A program made the translations under genes and the position numbers. Below the pieces are notes generated by a model. The model had not been told where the DNA came from, made no database searches, and was given only the letters and a program-made list of their open reading frames with translations. DNA of 43,746 nucleotides from Sumerlaeia bacterium. GTDB taxonomy: Bacteria; Sumerlaeota; Sumerlaeia; SLMS01; JAHLLQ01. Positions 1-8,283 of the stretch are shown piece after piece. Where the stretch lies: assembly GCA_040219255.1 (NCBI GenBank), contig JAVJSW010000083.1, positions 1 through 43,746 of the forward strand, in the 5' to 3' direction. The number at the start of each line of letters is the position of its first letter. The stretch's first letter is position 1.

Positions 1-60
1 GGTGTCGGCGAGATCGAGCCAGATGGTATCTTGGGAGCCTTGGGAAGGAGCGGTGGTCAT
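1..60 (-). CDS. Possible 5' end of a gene running off the left edge (MTTAPSQGSQDTIWLDLADT...)
   Basis: ATG at 60-58 on the minus strand, open to the window edge and divergent from the GH13 gene. Too short to assign. Confidence 0.3.
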   Translation of the reverse strand, partial: MTTAPSQGSQDTIWLDLADT

Positions 61-198
61 GGGGGGCAGCAGCGAGAAGGGGATGCCGGAACTCACGGCC
101 TGATGGCCCACAATGTCAAGTGGTACCTTGAGAAGGTCCTGGGCACCGTTCCGCACCGCTCAAAATGCTATTGACCGGGAGGGGGCGGAAAAGAATTG

Positions 199-212
199 TG
201 TAACCGTTTCCA
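199..212. promoter_or_regulatory. Candidate LacI-family operator TGTAACCGTTTCCA
   Basis: Imperfect palindrome fitting the TGnAAnCGnTTnCA LacI/cre pattern, 38 bp upstream of an alpha-glucan hydrolase. A TTGACC -35-like hexamer lies at 171-176. Confidence 0.45.
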
Positions 213-250
213 TCTGCATCCACAACACTCGTTTGAAAGGCCGGCCCGTA

Positions 251-2512
251 ATGTCTCGACTCAGGCCCCTAGTCTTTGCCAGCGCCCTCCTTGCGGCGTC
301 CCTCTGCTCCCAAGCCCCCGCCCAGGGCACCGCCAGCCTGACCCCTTCGGCGCCCGACCGGGGGACCCTGGCGACGGTGACCTTCGATGCCACCGGCGGC
401 CCCCTCGCCGCCGCCTCCCCCGTCGTGATGACGGTGGGGTTCAATGGCTTCCAGAACGCGTTCGATGTGACCCTGACAGGCACGGCGCCCAACTGGAGCG
501 GCACCTTCAACGTACCGAGCGACGCCACCGGCATCGACATCGTGTTCAAGAACGTCGCCGGGTCGATCTTCGACAACAACGGAGGCGCCGGCGTGGACTG
601 GCACTTCGTCGTGTCGGACGTCCTGGCCGAGGCGCTGGGCGTCACGAAGGTCCCGCCGTCGGAGGGTGGCGGCTACCTGTTCCGTCTCTGGGCGCCCGAT
701 GTGACCGAGGCCTCCGTGGTGGGCGATTTCAACAGTTTTGCGGGTGACGCGGACCTGATGGCGTTCGACAGCGCCAGCGGCGTCTGGTCCGTCCACGTTC
801 ACGACGCCGCCGTGGACGACGAGTACAAGTTCCTGCTGAAAGGCAGCGAGTTCCGCCGCGACCCGCGCGGGCGGATGGTGCGAGGCGCCTTCGACAATTC
901 CGTCATCGTCGATCCCACCACCTACACCTTCACCGAGAGCCGGCCCGGCACCGCCGCGGACTTCCGCGATTGGGTCGTTTACGAGATGCACATCGGGACC
1001 CTCGATCCGGCCGGCGGAATCGCCCCCGGCACCTTCGGCGACCTGATCCCGGCGCGGCTGGATTACATCGCCGACATGGGCTTCAACGCGGTGCTGGTGA
1101 TGCCGGTGAACGAATTTCCGGGCACCTATTCTGGCGGCTACAACCTGACCGAGCCCTTCGCCATCGAGCGCGATTACGGTTCGCCCGACGACTTCCGCGC
1201 CTTCGTCGATGCCTGCCACGCCCGCGGCATCGCCGTCATCGTCGATGTGGTGCATAACCATTACGGCCCGGGCGGCTTGGATCTCTACGACTTCCAGGAC
1301 CTGAACACCAACGCCACCCGCGACGAACCGGGCATCTATTTCTACGACGGGCCGCCGGCCGAGCTGGCCGACAGCGGATTCGGACCCCGCCCGGATTACT
1401 CCGAACCGCAGGTCCGCGACTTCATCACCGACAACATCGCCATGTTCCTCGACGAATACAACGTCGATGGTTTCCGCTGGGATTTCGTCAAGGCCATGCG
1501 CGGCCTGGTGGATGGCTCGTTCGCCGTGACCTCGGATTTGCCCGATGGCATTTCGCTGCTCCAGGACATCAACTCCACCCTGCTCAATTCCAACCCGGAC
1601 CTGCTGACGATGGCCGAGGACCTGGGCGGCGACGCCCGCCTGACGGACCCGGTTTCATCCGTCAGTGGCGACCCGAACGACGGCTATGGCTTCGACCGCC
1701 AATGGGAAGTCGATTTCCACGGCATCATGGCGACGCAGCTCGCCACGACCGATTCACTCATCAACATGGTCGATATCGAGGCCGCCATCGATGGCAGCCC
1801 AGCCCGCGTCCATTACCTGGAATCGCACGATGAAGTCTGGGAGCTGAACACCAAAGACCGCCTGCCGCCCCGCATCGACGGCGCGGACCCGGAAAGCCTG
1901 AAGGCGCGCAAGTTGTCCGGCCTCGGTGCCGGAATTCTGATGACCGCCGCTGGCATGCCGATGGTGTTCCAGGGCGGCGAGCTGCTCGATATCGGCGGGC
2001 CCGATGCCGACAACTCCTGGGGCGAGGATGAAGCCATCGACTTCTCCCGCCTCGCGGACCCGGACATCGCCGGATTCAATCAGCTCTACAAGGACCTCAT
2101 CGGGCTTCGGCGCAACCTCGGCGGAGCCACCGCCGGCCTGCTCGGCGACACCACCAACGTCTTCCACGTCAACAGCGGCGCCAAGGCCATCGCCTACTCC
2201 CGGTCCAACGGCGGCTCGGGCTTTGGCGATACGGTGGTGGTCCTGGCGAATTTCTCGACCGGGTCCTTTGCCGGAGGCTACGACATCGGCCTGCCCCAGG
2301 CCGGAACATGGTTCGAGGTCTTCAACAGCGACGACACCGCCTACGGCACCGACTTCGGCGGCGTCGGCGCGGGCCAGACCGTCGCCACGACGGCCAGCGC
2401 CCTCCATGGTTTCCCGCAGCGCGGCACCGTCGCGATCGGGCCCCGCAGCCTGATCGTGCTCTCGCAGACCACGCCCTTCAGTTCGGTCGCCGATTGGTCC
2501 ATCATGGAATAA
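251..2512 (+). CDS. Secreted GH13 alpha-amylase-family enzyme (GlgB/TreZ-like core) with an N-terminal starch-binding module and CBM48
   Basis: Signal peptide MSRLRPLVFASALLAASLCSQAPA. CBM-like ...VFKN...FDNNGG.DWH and CBM48 FRLWAP..VVGDFN. GH13 motifs YEMHIG, DVVHNH, GFRWD (nucleophile), AED (acid/base) and ESHDE. Start placed at ATG 251 rather than 113. Confidence 0.88.
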   Translation: MSRLRPLVFASALLAASLCSQAPAQGTASLTPSAPDRGTLATVTFDATGGPLAAASPVVMTVGFNGFQNAFDVTLTGTAPNWSGTFNVPSDATGIDIVFKNVAGSIFDNNGGAGVDWHFVVSDVLAEALGVTKVPPSEGGGYLFRLWAPDVTEASVVGDFNSFAGDADLMAFDSASGVWSVHVHDAAVDDEYKFLLKGSEFRRDPRGRMVRGAFDNSVIVDPTTYTFTESRPGTAADFRDWVVYEMHIGTLDPAGGIAPGTFGDLIPARLDYIADMGFNAVLVMPVNEFPGTYSGGYNLTEPFAIERDYGSPDDFRAFVDACHARGIAVIVDVVHNHYGPGGLDLYDFQDLNTNATRDEPGIYFYDGPPAELADSGFGPRPDYSEPQVRDFITDNIAMFLDEYNVDGFRWDFVKAMRGLVDGSFAVTSDLPDGISLLQDINSTLLNSNPDLLTMAEDLGGDARLTDPVSSVSGDPNDGYGFDRQWEVDFHGIMATQLATTDSLINMVDIEAAIDGSPARVHYLESHDEVWELNTKDRLPPRIDGADPESLKARKLSGLGAGILMTAAGMPMVFQGGELLDIGGPDADNSWGEDEAIDFSRLADPDIAGFNQLYKDLIGLRRNLGGATAGLLGDTTNVFHVNSGAKAIAYSRSNGGSGFGDTVVVLANFSTGSFAGGYDIGLPQAGTWFEVFNSDDTAYGTDFGGVGAGQTVATTASALHGFPQRGTVAIGPRSLIVLSQTTPFSSVADWSIME

Positions 2513-2524
2513 GGGCGCGGCGGT

Positions 2525-4447
2525 TTACTCGCTGAAGAGCCCCTGCGCCCAGACGCGCTCGGCGGGTGCCATCGCGTAAAGCAGGCGCCCGCCTCCGTCC
2601 CGCCGGTTCAGACACCGCACCGCCGACGTCACCAGCCAGGTGCCGTCGAGCTGGCGCTGGTATTTCACTTCGAGCCACTGCAACTCCGCCGGAGCGCCAT
2701 TGAGGCTGGTCTGGAGGAAAAACTTCGCTGTCGCCGTGTTCGGATCCTCCAACGAGTGCTCGTGCCCCGTCAGGCGCGAAACCACCGTGTGGGTCAGGCC
2801 GTCGGCGGTGCCGAGCGTGCGCGGCTGGGCCACGCGGGGGGCGATGCGTCGCGCGTCGGTGGCCACGGCGGCGGCAAGGGTTTCCTCCGGCGTGAAGAGC
2901 CCTCCGCCGGCTGACTGCGCCGATCGATTTTCCGCGCCGGGGGCGGGCCGCTCGAAGGGATTGGGCAGGCCCGGGGGCGGCGTGCGCGCGGGCGTGGGCG
3001 CGGGCGTGGGTTCCGGTGTGGGCCCGGGGGCGGCTTCCACCACGGCGATCTCTCGGTCTTCCTGCCGGGACTTTTCGCGCTCGCGATGCGCTTCGTTTTT
3101 TTCGTACCAATCGCTGAGCGAATCCTGCCCGACGTGGCTCGTGTCCATCATCCAGTCAAAGGCCCAGCCCACAAAACCGAGGCAGCACAAAATCATCGCC
3201 ACGATGCCGGCGGGACCGGTCATCAGTGCGGCCAACTGACCCCGGCTCCTCGGCTTGCGCTTCTCCTTGCCGGTTCTCACCGTCCCGCCCAATGAGGAGG
3301 GTCCGGGCCCCATGGGGATGTTGGGCTGGGGAACGCTGGGGGCGCCCGGCGCGGGCAGCGCGGCCAGCCCTCGCGGGCTGTCTCCCCGCCCGGCGGGCGG
3401 AGGCAACGGCGGCGGCGGCGCGACTCCGGTGCGGGCGAAGATCGCGTCGTGGGAGCCGCTCGGCGGTGCGGGAGACTGGCGGGGGGCGGCCGCGCCGCCC
3501 AATGCGGACACCGGCACGGCGACCGAGGAGCGCGAGGGCGGGGGCGGGGCATTCGCGGCGAGAGGCGGCGCGATGGGCGGACCGCTGACGTGGGGCGCGA
3601 TTTCCGCCCGGGCCTCGGCGGCGTCCGCCTGCGTCGATCGCGAGGCGTCGATCAAGCCCAGGAGCCGCGCCCGCTCCTGCTCCGGCGCGTCCGGCATGGT
3701 CAGCAGCGCGGCGAGAATCGCCGCCGACGCCGCGCCCATTTCGCCCTGGATTTCCACCGGGGCGAGCGATTCCAGCAACCGGGCGCGGGCCCGGACAAAG
3801 GCTTCGCGGTCGCGCAATTCCCCCGCCTGACTCAGCCAAACCTCCGACAAAACCAGCGCGAAATCGTCGCCCGCACGGGTTGGCAAGTTCCCCAGCGTCT
3901 TGCCCAATTCCAGCAGACAGGTCGGCCACCCGCGCCGCAGCCCATCGGCGAAAGAGGCGGGAACCATGTGGGTGTATTCGGCGAGAACCTGGCAGGCGAC
4001 ATGACACCTGGCCGCCCAGTAAAGCGGCGACAAGGACCCGATGCCCTCCACGTGGCGCAGGTGGCGGTCGGCCGCTTCCGGCCGGCCCTGGGCCAGAGCG
4101 GCGAGCGCTTCCTGGGTGGCGGGGCCGAGAGGGCGATCGCTCGGCGGGGCGAACTGCACCGCCAGCAGCAGGCGCGACGCACACCACGACAGCATCGCCC
4201 GCGACGCGCCGTTCGAAGGTGGCGCGAACAGTTGAGAGCGCAACTCTCGACCGTATTCCAATGGCGACAATGGCGGCACGACTTCACCCGGCGTTAGGAT
4301 TAAAAGCGCGGCATGCGTGCCCGGAGGTTGCCCCTTGCCGTCGATCGAACGCAAGTCGAAGGGAGCAGGCACCACGCATTCCCCCAGGCCCATTACCCCG
4401 TCGCCGTGACTCGGGGAGGATTGGGAAGGCGCCGCCGGGCGTGGCAT
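2525..4447 (-). CDS. Hypothetical membrane protein: helical N-domain, long Pro-rich linker, one TM helix, exported C-domain
   Basis: Long ORF with TM segment GIVAMILCCLGFVGWAF and PTPEPTPAPTP repeats. True start uncertain, probably about 4190-4400. Confidence 0.6.
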   Translation of the reverse strand: MPRPAAPSQSSPSHGDGVMGLGECVVPAPFDLRSIDGKGQPPGTHAALLILTPGEVVPPLSPLEYGRELRSQLFAPPSNGASRAMLSWCASRLLLAVQFAPPSDRPLGPATQEALAALAQGRPEAADRHLRHVEGIGSLSPLYWAARCHVACQVLAEYTHMVPASFADGLRRGWPTCLLELGKTLGNLPTRAGDDFALVLSEVWLSQAGELRDREAFVRARARLLESLAPVEIQGEMGAASAAILAALLTMPDAPEQERARLLGLIDASRSTQADAAEARAEIAPHVSGPPIAPPLAANAPPPPSRSSVAVPVSALGGAAAPRQSPAPPSGSHDAIFARTGVAPPPPLPPPAGRGDSPRGLAALPAPGAPSVPQPNIPMGPGPSSLGGTVRTGKEKRKPRSRGQLAALMTGPAGIVAMILCCLGFVGWAFDWMMDTSHVGQDSLSDWYEKNEAHREREKSRQEDREIAVVEAAPGPTPEPTPAPTPARTPPPGLPNPFERPAPGAENRSAQSAGGGLFTPEETLAAAVATDARRIAPRVAQPRTLGTADGLTHTVVSRLTGHEHSLEDPNTATAKFFLQTSLNGAPAELQWLEVKYQRQLDGTWLVTSAVRCLNRRDGGGRLLYAMAPAERVWAQGLFSE

Positions 4448-4551
4448 CGGACGCCCCTTGGCTTGACCGCTCGGCTGGGTTGGCGCATACGCTTATGCTT
4501 CGCTCGGGCGCATGCTTCCGCGCCCGGGAATCTCGCTCCGGCCGTTCCCTC

Positions 4552-6306
4552 ATGTCCCCCCCTTCCGCTCGCTCCAAACGCCACGTTCTCAAGCGCTGGA
4601 CCCTCCAAACGATTTGCGAAGCCCGTTCGCGGGAACTCGCCCGGGCGCTGCGCCTTCATCCCGCGGTGGCGCGCTTGCTCGTCGGGCGGGGCTGGACCGA
4701 TCCCTCCCTCTGCCAGGAATTTATCGGTCCCCGCCTCGGTGCCATGCGCGATCCCTTCGACATGCACGACATGGACCGCGCTGTGGAACGCATCCTGAGC
4801 GCCATCCAGAAGGGCGAAAAAATCTGTGTCTTCGGCGATTACGACGTCGATGGTGTGACCTCCACGGCGCTGATGGTGCTGACGCTGCGTTTCCTCGGCG
4901 CCGACCCCGCCTTCTTCATTCCGCACCGCGTCGAGGACGGTTACGGCTTTGGCGTCAACCACGCCGAAGATCTCGCCCGCGATGGCGTTCAACTCCTGAT
5001 CACCGTGGATTGCGGCATCGGAGCCATCGCGCCCGTGACCCGCGCCAACGAACTCGGCATGGATGTCGTCGTCACCGACCACCACCTGGTGGGCGAGGAA
5101 CTGCCCCCCGCCCGAGCCGTCCTGAACCCTAACCGGCCCGACGCCCCCTATCCCGGCGGCATGCTCTGCGGCGCCGGCACCGCGTACAAACTGGCCCACG
5201 GGCTCCTGAAAAGCAGCGGCCGCCCGCCGGAAGACTGCAAGCCGTTCCTCCTCGACCTCCTCGACCTCGTCGCCCTCGGGACCATCGCCGACATGGTGCC
5301 GCTGGAAAACGAAAACCGCGTCTTCGCCGCCCATGGGCTCAAGGCCCTGCACCGCACCCAACGCCCGGGCCTGCGCGCCCTGATGCACGTCACCAATTGC
5401 CAGGGCGACCGCCTTTGCAGCGAAGACGTCGGTTTTCGCCTCGGCCCCCGCATCAACGCCGCCGGCCGCACCGATCACGCGGCAACGGCGCTCGAACTGC
5501 TCCTGACCGGAGACGAAAAGCGCGCCAGCGAAATCGCCGTCCACCTGGACGAACTCAACAACGTGCGCCGCGCCGAAGAGCGCGCCATCCTCAAAAGCGC
5601 CATGGAGCAGGCGGACGCCCAGATGGAGTCCAAACTCGACAACTTCCTCGTGGTCTCCGGCGCCGATTATCACATTGGCGTCGTAGGCATCGTGGCCTCG
5701 CGGCTGGTCGAGCAATTCCACCGCCCCGCCGTGGTCCTGCGGGAAGACCCGGACGGCGCCCGGGGCAGTGCCCGCTCCATCCCCGGCTACGACGTCCACG
5801 CCACCCTGAGCCATTGCGGCGCCCACCTGATCAAGTTTGGCGGACACGCGGCGGCGGCGGGGCTCGAGGTCGCCCCCCGAAACCTCGACGCCTTTCGCGA
5901 AGCCGCCAACGAACACGCCCGCGCCATTTTCGAGGAACGGGACCTCTCACCGGAAATCGCCGTCGACGCAGAACTGGCCCCGGACGACATGTGCTGGGAC
6001 TTCTACAACGACGTCCAGCGCCTCCAGCCCTACGGACAGGACAACCCTTCCCCCGTCTTCCTCCTCCGCGGCGTCTCCTGCCCCTCCCCTCCGACCGTCG
6101 TCGGCCAAACCCAGAAACACCTCAAAATGCGCGTGCGTTCGGGCAACCACACCTGGGGCGCCATCGGCTTCAACCTCGCCCACCTGCGCGACATCGCCGA
6201 CAGCTCCAGCCGCCCCTTCGACATCGTCTTCCGCCCCCAGGAAAACACCTTCCGCGGCACGACGAATCTGGAAATGGAAGTGGTGGATTTGAAACCAAGC
6301 GTTTGA
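4552..6306 (+). CDS. recJ: Single-stranded-DNA-specific exonuclease RecJ
   Basis: DHH-family motifs GDYDVDG, TVDCG, TDHH, LGTIAD, PRINAAGR, GSARS, GGH.AAAG and QPYGQDNP. Start placed at ATG 4552. Confidence 0.96.
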   Translation: MSPPSARSKRHVLKRWTLQTICEARSRELARALRLHPAVARLLVGRGWTDPSLCQEFIGPRLGAMRDPFDMHDMDRAVERILSAIQKGEKICVFGDYDVDGVTSTALMVLTLRFLGADPAFFIPHRVEDGYGFGVNHAEDLARDGVQLLITVDCGIGAIAPVTRANELGMDVVVTDHHLVGEELPPARAVLNPNRPDAPYPGGMLCGAGTAYKLAHGLLKSSGRPPEDCKPFLLDLLDLVALGTIADMVPLENENRVFAAHGLKALHRTQRPGLRALMHVTNCQGDRLCSEDVGFRLGPRINAAGRTDHAATALELLLTGDEKRASEIAVHLDELNNVRRAEERAILKSAMEQADAQMESKLDNFLVVSGADYHIGVVGIVASRLVEQFHRPAVVLREDPDGARGSARSIPGYDVHATLSHCGAHLIKFGGHAAAAGLEVAPRNLDAFREAANEHARAIFEERDLSPEIAVDAELAPDDMCWDFYNDVQRLQPYGQDNPSPVFLLRGVSCPSPPTVVGQTQKHLKMRVRSGNHTWGAIGFNLAHLRDIADSSSRPFDIVFRPQENTFRGTTNLEMEVVDLKPSV

Positions 6307-6342
6307 ACCACAGAGGTCCCAGAGGACAGAGGTTTCACAGGG
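6306..6342 (+). repeat. CACAGAG-type short dispersed repeat (family A)
   Basis: aaccacagaggtcccagaggacagaggtttcacaggg, nearly identical to the reverse complement of 22107-22146. Confidence 0.75.
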
Positions 6343-6596
6343 AACCTATTGACTGGGAACATGCGACACACTCGGCCTGAATAAATGGCTATCCGAGCCA
6401 AGGATAACGAAAAGTAAGGGAATTCTTGGTGTCTGGTCTCCTTGTTGGCTCATCCTTAGAAAGAACTGGCCGCCCAGCCCCATCACCCAGTCAGGAACCG
6501 GGAGATGCCAATGCTTCCGGTTAACTTCAAAAGCGCCGATCGTCTCTACGTTCTCCGCGCCATTTCTGCGGTGAAATCTTGAAGGATCAAGGCGCT

Positions 6597-8141
6597 TCAC
6601 AGTCCTGAAAACAAATCCCCCTGATCCGCCGCGCGCCACTCGGGGTGGAGGGCCCACGCGATTTCCGTCAGGGCGAGGGCCTGGGGCACGTTGCCGGTGG
6701 CGAGGGCCCGAATGGCTTCGCGGCGCAGGCGATGAAGCCCGCCAGGGTCGGCGCCGAGCGAGGATTCGACCGGCCACAGCCGCGCGGCGGGCCCCGCATA
6801 ACCCGCGCCGCCGCCCAGGCCAGCGGTTTTCTCGAAGGTATTGCCCCAGACCATGGCGGTGACGAGGACCTCGCGCCCGGAGGCGACTTGCGCGACGAAC
6901 CACGCGCGGGCCTCTGCGGACCGCGCGTTGCCGGGGGTCAGGAGCAGGCGCTCGCTCTGGGCGAAGGCCACGCTGTCGCCGTCCACCTCCAGAAATTCCC
7001 AGAAGAAAGCCTCGTCGGCGGGCGACTCGCAGAGCGGAAAAGCGGGTCCGATGGGCATCAGGCGCCATCCCTCGCCATGCCGCACGACGCGGCAGTCGAA
7101 CCCGGCGAGATCCGCCTGGCGCCGCCAGAAGTAGGCGGCGCGGCGCATCTCGTAGCCGATTTCGGCCAGTTGGCCGGATAACTCGGGCCGGGCGCCGTGG
7201 GGCCAGTCGGGCAGCAGCAGCGCTTCCGCGCGCCCGTCGTCCACGCCCAGGAGGCGACGCGCCGCATCCGCATCGCGAGCGAAAACCGCGACGGCGGCGG
7301 GGCTGCCGGCGGGCACGGCGCGCAGCAGCGCCATCCGCAGCCCGTTGGCCAGGGCGCCCTCCACGGCGTACTCCCAGCGCTCGGCGGGATCGGCTAGGTC
7401 AGGCGTCATCAAAGCCGGAGCCGCCGGAACGATCACCTGCCAGGGCCGGTCGGTGGGTGCCGCCTGAAGGCGGTCGCGGGCGTTTTCCACATCGGCGGGG
7501 GTGGCGGAGAAGGCGGAGGACCAATAGGGCTGGCGCGCCAGCAGGTCTTCGAGCCGCGCGGGCGGGGCGGCTTCCGGCCCTTCGGCCTCCGGCGGGGGAG
7601 CGGCGGGGCGGTCGGCGGGCAGTACGAACTCGTCCGCTTCCACCTCGATGGCCAGGTCCGCTTCGTCCTCCGGCGTGATGTGCCAGACGGCTTCGAAACC
7701 CTCGCAGGGCAGGGCGAGTTTGGCGATTTCCAACTCGCGGAATTGCTTCTCCAGGATCCGGGCGCCCACTTGGCGGTCTCGCTCCTGATCCCAGGCGAGG
7801 CAGCGTTCCAGCGGCGGATCGAGCACGAGGGCGTAGGCGGGGACATCGTGGCGGCGGGCGAGAGCGAGAAGCTCCGCGCGGCCTTTGCGGATCAGGCCGG
7901 TGCTGTCGGCCACCGTCAGGCGCCCCAGCCGCAGCCGTTCCTCGATCAGCAGGTAGAACAGCCGGAACGCGGGGGCGGAGCGCGCCGGATGGAAGTCGTC
8001 CGTGTCGGCCACCAGACGGCGGCATTCGTCGCTGCTGACTACCTGGGTTTCCTCAAAGTGGCGCCGGGCGAAGGTGGTCTTGCCGGCGCCCGAGGGGCCG
8101 GCAAGAACGACAAGGGCGGGATAGGGAAGTCGAATGCGCAC
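6597..8141 (-). CDS. Pnkp-derived protein: polynucleotide kinase (AAA_33) domain plus degenerate Pnkp ligase-like domain, no phosphatase domain
   Basis: Kinase motifs LVVLAGPSGAGKTTFARRHF, VSSDECR and LTVADST. The C-terminal half resembles the bacterial Pnkp ligase module (GSPAAVAVFARDADAARRLLGVDDG; AEARAWFVAQVASGREVLV). GTG start at 8141. Confidence 0.75.
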   Translation of the reverse strand: MRIRLPYPALVVLAGPSGAGKTTFARRHFEETQVVSSDECRRLVADTDDFHPARSAPAFRLFYLLIEERLRLGRLTVADSTGLIRKGRAELLALARRHDVPAYALVLDPPLERCLAWDQERDRQVGARILEKQFRELEIAKLALPCEGFEAVWHITPEDEADLAIEVEADEFVLPADRPAAPPPEAEGPEAAPPARLEDLLARQPYWSSAFSATPADVENARDRLQAAPTDRPWQVIVPAAPALMTPDLADPAERWEYAVEGALANGLRMALLRAVPAGSPAAVAVFARDADAARRLLGVDDGRAEALLLPDWPHGARPELSGQLAEIGYEMRRAAYFWRRQADLAGFDCRVVRHGEGWRLMPIGPAFPLCESPADEAFFWEFLEVDGDSVAFAQSERLLLTPGNARSAEARAWFVAQVASGREVLVTAMVWGNTFEKTAGLGGGAGYAGPAARLWPVESSLGADPGGLHRLRREAIRALATGNVPQALALTEIAWALHPEWRAADQGDLFSGL

Positions 8142-8283
8142 AGGTGAAAAATATGTCTTGAAGATGAATTTCGGAGACGCGAAAGCGAAGAAGGACAATC
8201 GGGACTTGCCCATGTGCGGACCGGGGCGCCACTCTATGGCCCGGCAAGCTCAGACCGCAATCGCAGAGAAAGGACCCGGCGCC

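Noticed and set aside
3880-4551. 224-aa N-terminal extension of RecJ
   Set aside because: It overlaps the opposite-strand gene, and RecJ similarity begins near 4552.
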